This document shows positions 1-13,258 of a stretch of DNA of 64,000 nucleotides, in pieces (the stretch's first letter is position 1; each line of letters starts with the position of its first letter). A program made the translations under genes and the position numbers. This stretch comes from Chiloscyllium plagiosum (Eukaryota), in the NCBI RefSeq assembly GCF_004010195.1, contig NC_057710.1, forward strand, positions 105,306,338 through 105,370,337, read 5' to 3'. A model generated the notes under the pieces. That model was given only the letters and a program-made list of their open reading frames with translations. It was not told the origin of the DNA and searched no databases.

Positions 1-1260
1 CTGTACCTGTCTCAGATTGATCTCTTTCCTCACCATCTCCCTAGGTCCCATCACTACCTCCCTCCCCCATCTTACTAGTTTAAATTCTCCTGAGCTTTTC
101 TAGCAAATTTCCCTGCCAGTATATTAGTCCCCTTCCAATTCAGGTGCAATCCATCCTGCTTGTACAGTTGACTTCTACCCCAGAAGAGATTCCAGTGATC
201 CAAAAATGTAAATCTTACCCCAATACACCAGCTCCTCCGCCATGCATTCATCTACTCTATCCTCCTATTCCTGCCCTCACTAGCTCGTAGCACCAGGGAT
301 AATGCAGATATTACTAATCTCGAGGACCTCCTTTTAAAATTCCTGTCTAACTCTCTATATTCTCCCTTCAGAATCTCAACCTTTTCCCTTCGTATAGCAT
401 TGGTTCCAATATGGACAATGACCTCCTGCTGGTCCCTCTCCCCCTTGAGAACATTCTGCACCCTCTCTGAGACATCCTTGATCCTGGCACCAGGGAAACA
501 ACACACCACTCTGCTTTTTCGCTGCTGATCACAGAAACGTCTATTTGTGCTTCGGACTAGAGAGTTTCCTAGCACAAATTGATCTCTTGGAACCCGACAT
601 ACTCCTCATTGTGTTAGAGCCAGTCTTAATACCAAAAGGTTGACTGTTCATGCAACGTTCCCCTGAGAATCCATCACCTCCTACATTTTATGAAACAGCA
701 TACTCCTGTACTCCTTGTCTATCTCTCTTACCATTCCTGGAGTTAACCCATCTGTGTGACTGTATCTGCTACTTTTCTCCCTTTCTATAACTGTCATCCA
801 TCACACTCTCTTGCTGTTGTAAATTCCTCATTGCCTCTAGATGTCACTCCAACCGATCTATTTGATCTGATAGGATTCACAACCACCGGCATTTTTTGCA
901 GAAAGAATCCTCAGTAACCCTTAAACTGTCCCGAAACTCCCACATCCGACAAGAAGAGCATATCACTCTACTAAGGGCCATTTCTACTTCTTTCAATCTT
1001 AGATCCATAAAATAGCACCATCTTATTCCTCTACAAAAAAATGCTTCAGGCTAACTTAATAATTATGGCTTATATTTTTAAGTCTAACCAAGAGACATAT
1101 CTCAATAAAACATATAATCAAGGAAGAACCCACTGTACTCACTACTGCAGTCTTACAGCAAGGTCACACTTAAATCTATTCACTTATCTCTCTCAAACAG
1201 GTTCCTTCAAGATCAGTTGTGATTTTTACTGTTTGTTAATTTTCCTAGTCGCACTCTGAT
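1..1260 (-). mobile_element. CR1 LINE 5' part (ORF1 with SGNH-esterase-like domain), continues off the window
   Basis: ORF 252..575(-) reads 'GNSLVR...VCCFPGARIKDV...VIVHIGTN', the CR1 ORF1 esterase signature; similar to 11080-11500 and 36230-36680; 5' boundary approximate. Confidence 0.85.
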
Positions 1261-2031
1261 ATCCAGCGATACATGAATTCAACAGCAAAGGCAGGTTCAC
1301 TGCTGTGTCAGGGAGCAGTGTTGGTTTCTTTCTCTCTTGGCTTACTTATAAATGGTCCCAACTCAACCAATCATTCCTCCATCATTATCAAATCCTAACA
1401 CACATTCCTGTCTCTCCTGCAATCTCCAAATCTCTTTCGGTCATGCCTACACTGTGCTCCCAACATTTTCCAGATATCCTAACCCCTCCAATCTCCTCTG
1501 AACATCAATAATACTTCCTAAATCATGATCAGCCCTGGCAAACCTCACCGTGCACTTTCTACACGCTCATTTTGGCTATTTCTGCCCTCAACAGCACAAA
1601 AGCGCGTGATCCATTAGAAGTGCTCTCGTTTGGTGTGTGAGCCACTCCAGAGTCAGCCAGCTTTGGATTCCAGGCTGTGCAAAAGAAACCATGCATGCCT
1701 TGCCATTTGAGAAATAAGCCCTTTCAGGTTTACCAAACATAATAATTACTTCCAGCTCAAAGAACTCATTCTAGGGTCAATGAGTGCAATAAATTTATTA
1801 ACCGAATCTGTTACTATAGCACATGCTGTTTGCTTCAGTTTCCAGGAAAACAGCAAATAATATTTCATTAGATTGGTTAAAGCTAGTCGTCAGATTAACT
1901 GGTAAGAAATATAATATACACCACAAAGGCATGAAATTCATTCCCCCAGGTATTTAGCTTCGGAGGCATAATTCATAATGTGCATATATCTGTTGGGAAT
2001 GAGGTGGTTAAATGCAAACATTTGGCTGGTA

Positions 2032-2356
2032 CAGGTAGACAACCCTTTATTAGAAATCCCGAAATCTGAAAAGCTCCAAAATCTGAAGGTTTTCTCGATT
2101 GCTTGGCATGCAAACAGTTAACTCAAGTCAACACCCATTCGATGTGTGTTACTCAGATGTGACCTGGGTGGGTGTGGCCCAGCACTGGCAGGCCTCACTT
2201 CTGTTTCAGGGCCTGTTATACTCACAGTGAGTCTGCTGTTAAGTAAGATTTTTAAAAATTTCACTATCAAACTGTCACTTATTCTGAAATTCAAAAAATT
2301 CTGAATTCCGAAAGTCAGCTGGTCCTGAGCATTTCGGATACAGGATTGTGTACCTG
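2032..2356. mobile_element. Non-autonomous Tc1/mariner-pogo (Tigger-like) MITE
   Basis: Left end CAGGTAGACAACCCTTTATTAGAAAT vs reverse complement of right end CAGGTACACAATCCTGTATCCGAAAT (26-bp imperfect TIR); TA immediately 5'; subterminal TCCGAAA/TCTGAAA repeats. Confidence 0.8.
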
Positions 2357-2639
2357 GACCTCATTTCCATGCTTGGAGCATGACCATGTGCTGCTGCTGT
2401 ACATCTTGTGTCCATTTGTGTACAGCTGTCCTTTGCACACTGTCAAGGGCTCATGAAGTTTATTTACCTTGCTTCCAATTAACATGGACATGGCCCTCAC
2501 ATGCTAAAATATTAAAGCAAATATTTTTGCACCTAGAATCTGTTGATAATGGAATCAGGAATCACAAGGAATACAGTCCATAACCAGTTTTACAAAATCT
2601 GAAAGAATTTTAAAGAAAGACTTGGAGTAATGCATGACT

Positions 2640-2738
2640 CACAAAGTCCACATGGAACCTTTACACAATTGAACGCACGCTGTTGGTATTACTCTGCATT
2701 GCAAACCAGCCGTCCAGCCCACTAAGTCAACTGACCCC
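2640..2738 (-). mobile_element. tRNA-derived SINE head fragment (same family as 10596-10824)
   Basis: AATTGAACGCACGCTGTTGGTATTACTCTGCATTGCAAACCAGC aligns with 10769-10800. Confidence 0.6.
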
Positions 2739-3439
2739 TCATGGGAGTAAGAAGTAAAATGTAGTGATGCCTGCAGGAGATGTTCTGTTCCAAAATGATG
2801 CCTGCATTTTATGCAAATGCTTTCAGTGCAGGCAGTTCCAGGTGTCAATGTAGATAGGTGCTCATATGGATGCAGGAAGCATGCACCAAAAATATACCGG
2901 GTAGATAGCACCCCATGCTAATTTGAAGCCATTTTGGAGTTCAGTGTTCTTGTGGATATTTTCCTAATCAGCCTGGTCGGGAGATGTGATTTAAAACCTC
3001 TACAGCAAGTGGGGTAAGGACCCAGGTCCCCTGGTTCAAAGGTAGGAGCACTAACATTACACCATGAGATTTCTACTCAATACCTAGTGAAGACCCTCCC
3101 CTAATGGCAAACAGTTGAGTATGCATTAGGATATAGAAAAAGAACGCTTGCCAGTGCATTCTAAAATGATTATCAACAATCTTTACCTTAATTACAAATT
3201 CATTACAACTTGCTGCTACTGATCTGTCAAGATGTTAATATTTCTATTTAAGACTTCTAAAATTTGAAGGGAAGAGATGACAGATGCTGAAGGCCTTGGG
3301 ACTACTTTAAGAGTTTAGAACTTATGGACTTGCATTTGGAGATCTTGATTCCAACAGTGTAGGGCATAAGAGCAGAAGTAACACCCGAACAGGACTAATT
3401 ACTAGAAGAGGGAGCAGGAGAATGAGGACATGATACAGG

Positions 3440-4000
3440 CTATCAGCAGAAGGTCCTATTCACCCAGGATATTCAGGGAGCAATTCCTCTGCTTGAATCT
3501 CATTAAGGGTGTCCATCTGCTGTAGTCATAACTGCATCATAAGAGCAGAACAAAGCGTCATTGCTGGTGGCCATTAGGCTAGCACTGTGCTATGGCCTTA
3601 TCTAGCATCTTCCAGGCAGGGGTAGTTGATAAAACAAAATGCAAGGTGGCATCGACTGTACACATGGTACTCTGTGGGCACACATTATGCAACACACTTT
3701 AACTGGAAGGATTACTATTCTTTGAATGTCTATTTAGTGTAAAACCATAGACAGTATAACATGCATGTCAATCCATGGTACCCTATCAGTCAACACTGTC
3801 ATTCTCTGCACCATCTACATTTCAGCTTTGATGATAAATAAAAATGTGGCTACTTGATGACAAAGCCTATCTGCTAGCCACATGACTCATTACTTTAGTT
3901 AAAAGCCTTTGTACATATGAGTAGAATGAAAGCCATTTTGCTCCAAGAAACATATTTTAGGATGCTTAAACATGGATTCCACTGCCTGGACCCCACTAGA
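3440..4000 (+). pseudogene. Degenerate PIF/Harbinger (HARBI1-like) DDE transposase remnant
   Basis: Colinear motifs: QGGIDCTH (3642-3665; cf. GAIDCTH), NWKDYYSLNV (cf. NRKGxxSxNV), WLLDDKAY (cf. WLLGDxGY), FRMLKHGFHCLD (cf. FGxLKxRFRCL); frameshifts and stops. Confidence 0.75.
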
Positions 4001-4829
4001 CGAATATTACACTTCTTGGCAGAGGAGAAAATCCATTGTGCAGGATCTTATAGGGATCTGAGGAATGAGGGCTATGGCAAAATTTGTGGCAGAACTGGAT
4101 AAGAAATCTGGCAAGAGCTATCTTAATGTCAGGTATATCGCTTGATTTCTTATGTTTCTCATAGCGCCATGGTGAGATTCTGACTAAAGCAATGAGTTGC
4201 CAATTGAAGATAATTAAAGCTTATTAAATACCTTGGTGATGGATCAACTCACCTGATTAATATTCAGCTTCATAGTACACCAAATTCAAACAAGCCAGAA
4301 GTTGAGAAATTTCAGCATGGAGCTCAGAGCAGGTATCTCGAATGAATTCAGTTTGCTGCTTGCACTGAAGGATCTCCATATTGGACATTGGGCACCAACA
4401 TCTTCTCACATGGACACCGTGCACTTTAATGTTACATCTCAAGAAGCTTTGGCAATAATCATTGCAATGCTGCTCCAAGGACTGTGTGCTCAGAGACACA
4501 CCCACATATCAACTGGATCAAGTTGCATCTCTGAGCTAGTTTCATTTTTTCTATTCTCATTTCTGTAGTATCCTGGATCTCTGGAACAGGCAATTTTTTC
4601 TTGACCATGTTCTGACTCTGTGGACATTACTGATCCCACCTCGATGCAGACTGCCAAGAGGTTACATGCAGCCCATCTTCAATCTGTACAAGCAAATCAA
4701 AGTTTGCCTTGCGGTGTAGTACATTCTTCTTTCCTGTTCCAGTCTAATCTGTGTATCTGGGCTTATGGTGTCCTTTCATGTGCAGATTTCAACTTTATTT
4801 CAGGCTTCAAAAGTAGAAAATCCCTACAT

Positions 4830-5120
4830 TTGCAGAAAGAGGCCAGTTGGCCTCTTGAGTCTGCACAGACCCTCCAGAAAGCATCCCACCCAATTCCAGC
4901 CCCTCAAGCTAATTCTGCAGCCTCACCATTCCCATGGTTAATCCACCTAACCTGCACATTCTTGGATGCTACAGGGCAATTTAGCATGGCCAATCCACAC
5001 ATCTTTGGACTGTGGGAAACTCATACAGATGCAGGGACAATATGCAAACTTCACAGAGACAGTCATTCAAGACTGAATCTAAACCTGGATCCCTGACACT
5101 GTGAAGTACCAGTGCTAAAC
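4830..5120 (-). mobile_element. Degenerate HE1-type tRNA-derived SINE
   Basis: GGGCAATTTAGCATGGCCAAT...ATCTTTGGACTGTGGG...TGCAAACT matches the young copy at 39346-39667. Confidence 0.8.
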
Positions 5121-5799
5121 AATAAGTCATGTATGATATCAACATCTGTGCTCGTGGCTGCAGCCATGAGATCTAGTAACAACATCTTTTATTTTCACTA
5201 TCTTCTTCCTCTTTCTTCTCTGACTATGAAGTTTCATCTTCCCTTTGGGTTGAAGGAAGAGTCTATAATAACACCATGTTCAGTTTCTAAATTAGAACAG
5301 ATTGAAGGATTACAAAGGAGTCGGATCCAAGAAGGATAGTGAGGAATGCATTACCGATCATCACCAACTCTGCAGGTTCTGACATTGGCCGCAGCCTCAG
5401 TGATGCCCCTTTTCATGAAAACCAGTGCTGTGTCTTCAATGGGGGTGAAAACATGAAAGGGCACTTGTCTTCCTCCAGTTCTTTGATGTTGCATCTTGTT
5501 ATCTTTCACATGTAAAATGCAGGAGGGAAGGACTTTGGCATGTTATATGTTTGAATGATTTTGTTGCCTTACTTGATTGCTTACCAATGAGGGCAAGGTG
5601 TGGGCATAAGGTTTTCACAGTACTAACCCTGGGAGATGTGAGAATACAGCATCAATTTTGGCATACAGTCCACATTCAAAATCTTCCAAAAATTATATTT
5701 GACTTATATACTGAGTTTAATTTGTATCAAAATGCCCCAGGAAATTGATATGATATCACATTTGACAACTAGAAGGATTTCAATGCCCCGTGGTGAATG

Positions 5800-6395
5800 T
5801 AGATGACTGCCAGACTACTCAGACCCCTTGGCATCATGGTAGCCCACAAACCCACCAACACACTAAAACAGCAGCTAATGACCTTGAAAGACCCTATACA
5901 GACAATGAGCAAAACTAACATCATTTATAAAATACCGTGCAAGAACTGTAACAACCACTACACTGAACAAACAGGCAGAAAACTAGCCACCAGGATACAT
6001 GAACACCAACTAGCCACAAAAAGACATGACCCTCTCTCACTAGTATCCTCACATATGGATGAGGAAGGACACCACTTTGACTGGGACAACACATCCATCC
6101 TCAGACAAGCCGAACAAAGACATGCATAAGAATTCCTAGAAGCATGGCATTCAAACCGGAACTTTATCAACAAACACATTGAGTTGGACCCTATCTACCA
6201 CCCCCTGAGAAAAGGAACAGGAAGTGACTTCACCACAGGAAAGAACATCACCACAGAAAATGACATCACCAACCCGAAGAAACCCAAACATATAAGTAGA
6301 AAGCAGGGACTTTCAGCATTGAGGAGGTTACCTAGTAAAGTAACAAAACGTCTGGAAATGAACCTTTGAGCTCAGCGAACAAACCTACATCCAAA
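5800..6395 (+). mobile_element. Penelope-like element (Poseidon-type) 3' fragment: GIY-YIG endonuclease plus pLTR with decayed hammerhead
   Basis: 'IIYKIPCKNCNNHYTEQTGRKLATRIHEH...HHFDWDNTSIL...*EFLEAWHS' is a PLE GIY-YIG domain; hammerhead-like core at 6319-6352. Confidence 0.9.
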
Positions 6396-8964
6396 ATATA
6401 GATCACCATTAGGCAACTGAAATATTGTAAGATGACAGTCCAAATAATTTCATTGAAGCAATAAGTAAACAACATTTTTCATAACAGAAACAATAGCATT
6501 AGTAAATGTTCAATGCTAGAGAGTGCAATTTTTATTGTAGCATTATTGATAATTCATTCTATAACTTTAATTTTTCAGTACTGATGACCAAAACCACACC
6601 CAGAGCAATCAAAACAACTCAGAAGTTTGACTAAATTCATTCCCTGAAGATACCTTGATATCCCTATTCCTTACATGGTTCAATACCTCAATAAAATACT
6701 TCAATAATTAAATTGTTATACATTTTAAATGCTTGTAACTTAAGAACTATCTATTGGCTTATCAGTTCAATATTATTTTTAATTCTGCATTCACTTTTTT
6801 AATATTGCTGATACCAGATAAATCTGTCTTTCTAGTTTTGTTGATAAATGTTTCCTTTTTTTAACTTGATTACTTAATCTAGGTTCAATGTTTTTGGAAT
6901 TTTTGATGTAAGTTGCACTGCAATTCAAGCTTTGGGCTATTAATGTGCATTTTTGAGTAAAACACTTGTTATTAATTTTAAATGCCATTATTTTGACGAA
7001 ATAGGGCCCTGGTCGGCACAGAAGAGTTGGATCAAAGTGTTTGCTTCCATGCTGTATAACTCTGTGACTCTACTATTGCCTTCATTAAACTGGAATATTC
7101 AATGACACTACAATTCCTGGCAACAGAGAGGACAACATGGAAAGGTTTTTTTTGATCTTTGAGAGGTACCTGTGGTCTGTGCTCCAACCAATTTATACAA
7201 TCCTTTTAAATTCCAAACCAAAACATACATCTGTCAAGACAAATTCAAGGAGAGTCCCGAGGCAACCTCAGGAATTATGTGTATCACATTTTCCGCAGTG
7301 TTCAAAATATCTTACACCAGCTGACAGTTGGCATGAACCCTATTTAGAACATTTTATTGAATTTTGATAATTAAGTGCAGCGTCAATCAAATAGCTTTGG
7401 CCTGGAGTGGAAGTGTGGTGCTGAATTTTTGTTTATATTTTCTTTTAATCCTCATTGAGGGCAACAGAACATTATCCTCTGCATATCAGAAGTAACCTGA
7501 CCTCCTCAAAAATAAATTCCGGAGCTATTCAGAGGAGTTTAAAGGGGAACTGCAGTAATAAAAGTTAAGATCTTTTAAAGGACAATCTGGATCTAATTCA
7601 GGTTGTTAAGGGAATGCTATTTTGTTGCTTCTAGTGTTCTGACCAATACCTGATACTTGCACACACATGTTGTAGCCAACATGCCTGTGAGTTGCTGCTA
7701 CCATTATTCTCACTAATTTTCAAAGTTATTGCATTTTTTATCATCACAGCAAAAGGTGGCACTCAAGCATTTTCCATCACCGCACATGCACCGCACCTTG
7801 CCACTTTGCTGGGATTTTGGCATTACCTCTTCTGCTGATACCAGTTCCACAACCTGTCTTCCCTTATTACTGATTGCTGAGGAAGTTAAAATGTCTGAAT
7901 TGAGTACAAGCGTACTGCCATCTCTCAGGATGTCAATATTGTAACTTTGCGACTGCTCTGGGTTAGAAAACTATTAAAGGATAGAATGGCTATCTTTCAG
8001 TCAGTGAGTCCATGTGGCAAGGTTGTGAAGTCAAGATTCAGAGCTGCTCATGGTTATCCCTCAAGACTAAATGTATATTCCCCCAGTGCAAGTCATCTGC
8101 CTTCCAATGTCTATGTAACAGCCACACTAAGATATAGAGCATTGTGTAGGAGTACTGAGAAAGGCATTAATCACTTTCCAAACAGGATGGGCCAACGCTA
8201 ACAAATGGGACGAGGTCAGATTGGGATTTCTGATCAGCACAGATGAGTCGGACCGAAGGATCTGATTCCATGCTGTTTGACTCGATGACTCTATTTATGG
8301 AATGCTCAAGCAGGAATCAAATTTTGCTTTATTTCAATGGAAATGTTGTGGAATGATTCTTTTGATATATCTTTTAATTCAGAATTTTCACCATGAGGCT
8401 GTTCTGGTGGCCTACAGCAGAGGGATGAAAGCTGGGGCATCAGTTGCACATTACATATGACCTATTTAGAGAAGGGGTCCTGGATGCATTCTGCCTTCCT
8501 CCTCCCAAAACCCCCTCTGAAGATCTAATAGTGATGGCTGTGCCCTTATGATAATGGAGGACACGGCAGACAACCAGAAGTGTGGACATACACTCCAATG
8601 AGTAATGGTGTTGTTTGCTGTTGAGGCTCCCCTACCAAGTGCTGTATCCAAAAGCACCATAGTGCTAATGATTACAATGCTGATGAATTGCTCAGATTCT
8701 GTGTGGTCCCACTCTATGCTGCTCCTGGAAGACCAAGTTTTCAGAGCTGTCATATTTCTGTCTCTACCTCCTTAGTGAAGCATTTCCACTACAGGCATGG
8801 CTACTGGGTGTTGTGGACATAAGGGACTTGCTGCCCAAAGGGGTTACAGCCATGTATTGGGAGTTTTCCTGTCTTTCCAGAAAGCTTCTAATCTCTATTT
8901 CTATGTAATGAATTTGATACTTGACAGTTGGATGCCAGCTCACCCCACAGCCATTTAACCATCG

Positions 8965-9680
8965 CCAGGACGTTAGGTAGGAGAATCATTCATGAAAGAA
9001 CCTACGCAAAGGATATGGATAAGTTAACTGAGTACAAAAAAAAAATTAACTGAATGCTGGCAGATTGCAAACTGTGGGACACAGAGCTCTGGGTGTCCAA
9101 GTGCTTAAGTCACAGGTTACAGCAAGTAATCAGCAACACAAATAGACTTAGCTGCTTCATGGCAAGGGGAAACAAATGCAAGACCAGGGAGGTTACATTT
9201 TAGTTATATATGACATTGGTGAGACCAGATAACTGGGGTGCTGTGTACACAACAACAGTTACTGTTACTGTACTCATAGAAGGATGTAAATGCATTGGAA
9301 GCAGTTCAGACAAGGTTACCTAGCCAAGTACCTGGAATGAGCCGACTGCCTTATGAGGAAAACTGGACAGGTCAGGGCTGTATCCTCTGGTATTTAGGAA
9401 AGTCAGAGGTGATTTAATTGAAACAGGTAAGATCCTGAAGGGACTTGACTGGGTAGATGCTGAACGGATATTATTTCTTGAATCTAGAACTAAGGGCCAT
9501 AGTTTAAAAATAAAGAGAACCCATTAAGACAGAGATGAAGAAACATTGTTTTCTCTCAGAATGTTGTGAACCAACGTAATGAAAGATTATCAGGGGAATT
9601 GCAGGAATGTAGTGTTGGGGTTGAAGTCAGATCATCCTGAAGGGCTGAGTGACCAATTTTTGTTCCTTGTTCATTTGTTC
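8965..9680 (+). mobile_element. Old CR1 LINE 3' fragment
   Basis: Degenerate RT C-terminal motifs (LVRP, LEAVQ, RGDLIE, RTRGHS) followed by 3' UTR. Confidence 0.75.
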
Positions 9681-10595
9681 ATATTACATGACTTGAGGTG
9701 GGATTTACACCCGACCTGGGCTGACGGGTCCCTTTATCTGGTGCCGCCAACAGAATCTATGGTCTTTTCTGGAATGATGGCAAGTTCCTGAAGAAGATGT
9801 GCTGTGATAAATGTTGGATGGAAGTAAGTTTGGGCTTTCCTGTGGCAGGTTGGCAGACCCCAGTAATTCAGACAGGATGTGGGGAAGGGAACAGACCAGG
9901 GGGTTGTAACTACTTAGAGAAGGAGCTCTGATCAACATAAGGTGCCAAAGCTAATATCACACACTTTTCTCCAACCACTACCCCTATTTTGGATTAAATC
10001 CTATTTGTGCAGTGAGGGGTCTTTAAGGAGATATTACTTTGATTACCGAAGGGCCCCAAAATTTAATCAGTCAGATTGTCAATGGGAGAGGAGCAAAGCA
10101 GACTAGAGCAAACCTGGGAATAAACAGTGACTGGACTTCCGGATAAAAACCCGAGGAGCAAGGCTTGGAATGAGGTCAGTCAAATGGCAATGGGACCAGA
10201 GCTGACTGGAATGGCAGAATTCCAGAGATGACGTCACGATTCAAAAGGTGGCATAGGATTAGTTGCTGAGAAACCTGATCCAGGGTCTGCATGAGCAGCG
10301 CCTGGAGGGAGCTGGAGTACAAAGTACTTATTTTGTGGTTTGTAGTTTGTAAGGGATAAAGAACAAAAGTGAGAAATCTGCTTTTGGGAGTAGTGGGTAA
10401 GGTTAGATAATTTGTTCCAGGTTTATTGTTTGCAGTTGGTAAGCTTCACAATGGCAGGAAAACTGGGCCCTAGCATCCATGGTAACCATGTGTACAGGAA
10501 ATGTGTTCAGCTGCAGCTTCCTGATTTGCTGCATGGAGGTGCAGATGGACCCAGCCATAAGGCAGAGAATGTCATGGATAGCATTTTTAGTGAGC

Positions 10596-10824
10596 AAATC
10601 AAGTCACTTTAGTCTTACCAGACCATAGGGCTGCTCTCTCATTAGAGAGAGAGAGAGAGAGACAACTGGTGGTAGTTTAATCTGAGAGCCATCATACCTC
10701 AGGTGAGAGGAGAGGTTGAAGAAGGAAAGTCCCCCATGGTAATCCTCACCAGTGCGGGAATTGAACCCACGCTATTGGTATCACACTGCTTTGTAAACCA
10801 ACCAACTGAGCTAAACCAATCCCC
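10596..10824 (-). mobile_element. tRNA-derived SINE with internal (CT)n, inserted in CR1 ORF1
   Basis: Minus strand starts GGGGATTGGTTTAGCTCAGTTGG (A box)...GGTTCAATTCC (B box); AGTGAGC duplicated at 10589-10595 and 10825-10831; uninterrupted site TTTAGTGAGCT seen in paralogous CR1 near 35982. Confidence 0.85.
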
Positions 10825-12991
10825 AGTGAGCTAGTACCCCACCTGTAAGAGCTACACAGATAGAGAAGAGTTGGGTGACCACCAGGAAGTTGAGTAAGCA
10901 TGGGCAGGAAATGTAGGAGTCACCTGTGGCAGCTTTCCTGTCAAACAAATGTACTGTTTTAGATGCTGTTGGAGGGGATGGCATCTCAAGAGAAAGCAGC
11001 TGCATCCAGATCAATGACACTATGACTGTCACTGTTGCGTAGCAGGGAGGATCAAAGTGTAGGCGAGCCGTAGTGATATGGGACTTTATAGTCAAGGGCA
11101 CAGATAAGTGTTTCTGTGGTCGCGTCTGAGATTCCAAACTGGATGTTCTGAAAGGGGAGGTTGAGTAGCCAAAGATCATGGTCCATACTGGTACTAACAG
11201 CATAGGCAGAAAGAATGAAGAGGTTCTGCAGAGGGAATTCAGGGAGTTCAGTAGAAAGTTGAAAAGCAGGACCTCTAGGGTTGTCATCTCAAACGCTAGT
11301 GATGCTAGAAATAAGAAGGCTATGCTGTTGACTGCATGGTGAAGGAGCTGCAGTGGGGGAGGTTATTCAGATATCTGGATTATTGGGATATCTTCTGGAA
11401 GAGGTGGGACCTATACAAAGATAGGCTGCACCTAAACTGGAGGGGCCCCAATATCCTGGTAGGGAGGTTTGCAAGTGCCAATTGGGAGGGTTTGAACTAG
11501 TGTGACAGGAAATCAGAAATGGAACAGTACATCAGTATGTACAGTGATTGAAGAGAAGGTCAATGTTAAGTAAGTCAAATGGGAAGAATGTGCAAAGCAA
11601 GGCAGGACTGACAGTCTGAAGTGCATTTATTTTAGTGCAAGGAGTATAACAGGTAAGGCTGATGGATTAGTACATGGGATTAAAATGTGATAACCGTTAC
11701 AGGGCAGGACTGGCAGCTCAATGTGGCAGGGTTCTGAGATTTCAGGTGAGATAGGCAGGGATGTCAAATGTGGGGGAGTTACATTAAGGAGAATGTCACA
11801 GCTGTACTGAGAAAGGGCGTTGTGGAATGCTCATTCAGTGAGTCCATATAGGTTGAACTTAAGAATAAGAAATGTGCAACCATTATAATGGGTTATACTA
11901 TAGGCCTTTGATGGTCAGTGAGAGATAAAGGAACAGATCTGTGAGCAGATCATGGAAAGATATAAAAACAACAGGGCTGTTGTAGGGGGTGATTTTTACT
12001 TCCACAGTAATAACTAGGATTCCCTTAGTGCCAGGGGCTTAGATGGGGCAGAATTTGGTGGGTGCATCCAGGAGAGTTTATTGAAATAATATATAGATAG
12101 TCCAACTAGGGAAATGGTCTTGGATTGGAGAATAAGCCTGACCAGGTGATTGAAGTTTCATTGGGGGAGCATTTTGGAAACAGTGAGCATAATTCCCTAA
12201 GATTTAAAATATTTATGGATAAGAATAAGACCGGTTCTCGAGTGATAGTGCTAAACTGGGGGAAAATTGATTACAAGAGTATTAAGGAGAAACTGGAGAA
12301 ATTAGACAAAGGGCAGCTGTTTGAGGGTGAATCCATATCTGACATGTTGGAGTCTTCTGAAGGCCAGGTGATCAGAGTTCAGGACCAGCATGTACCTGTG
12401 TGACTAAAAGACAAGGATGGCAAGATTCTGGAACTTTGGATAACAAAAGATATTAAAAGTTTATTCAAACTGATAAAGGAAGCATCCATAAATTTTAGAT
12501 AATTGAAATCAAACAGATCACTTAAGGGATATAATGGAAGGAGAAAATAGCTTAAACAAAAAGCTAGGCGACTGAGAAGAGGACCATGAAATGTCCTGGG
12601 CAAGTAGCATCAAGGAGAATCCCAAGGCACTTTATGCATATATTAGGAGCAGGGGGTAACTAGGTTAGATCTGCTCAAGGACAAAGGAGAGAAATTATGT
12701 GTGGAGCTGGAGGAAGTGGGTGAGATCTTTTCTTAGTACTTCACATTAGAAGTCACCAAGGAGAAGGACATGGATCATGGTAAGATTAGGGAAGGGTATT
12801 TTGATATTCTGATGATATTAAGAAGAAAGAGATGTTGGGTGTCTTGAAAAAAATAAGGTAAATAAGCCCCCAAGGCCTGATGGGATCTAACCCAGGATAG
12901 AGAGGGAGGCAAGGGAGGAAATTGTAGGGACTTTGACAGACCTCTTTAGCCACAGGTGAGATCTTGGAAGACTGGAGAATAGCCAATGTTG

Positions 12992-13244
12992 GGAAAAAGT
13001 GAGGACTGCAGATGCTGGAAACCAGAGTCCAGATTAGAGAGGTGCTGGAAAAGCACAGCAGGTGAGGCAGCATCCGAGCAGCAGGAAAATCGATGTTTCA
13101 GGCAAAAGCCCTTCATCAAGAATACAGCAATCTATTATAGATAGAGCCTCTATTCCTGATGAAGGACTCTTGCCTGAAACGTCCATTTTCCTACTCTTTA
13201 GATGCCTACCTGTTGTGCTATTCCAGCACCACTCTAATCTAGAC
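12992..13244. mobile_element. Fold-back Penelope pLTR mini-insertion with hammerhead motifs on both strands
   Basis: Long inverted repeat; 14-bp TSD AATAGCCAATGTTG at 12978-12991 and 13245-13258. Confidence 0.85.
13151..13190 (+). ncRNA. Minimal type-I hammerhead ribozyme motif (PLE-type)
   Basis: TATTC-CTGATGA-AGGACTCTTGCCT-GAAAC-GTC: CUGAUGA box, stem II, GAAA box, palindromic ACGT stem III, GUC cleavage triplet; activity untested. Confidence 0.7.
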
Positions 13245-13258
13245 AATAGCCAATGTTG

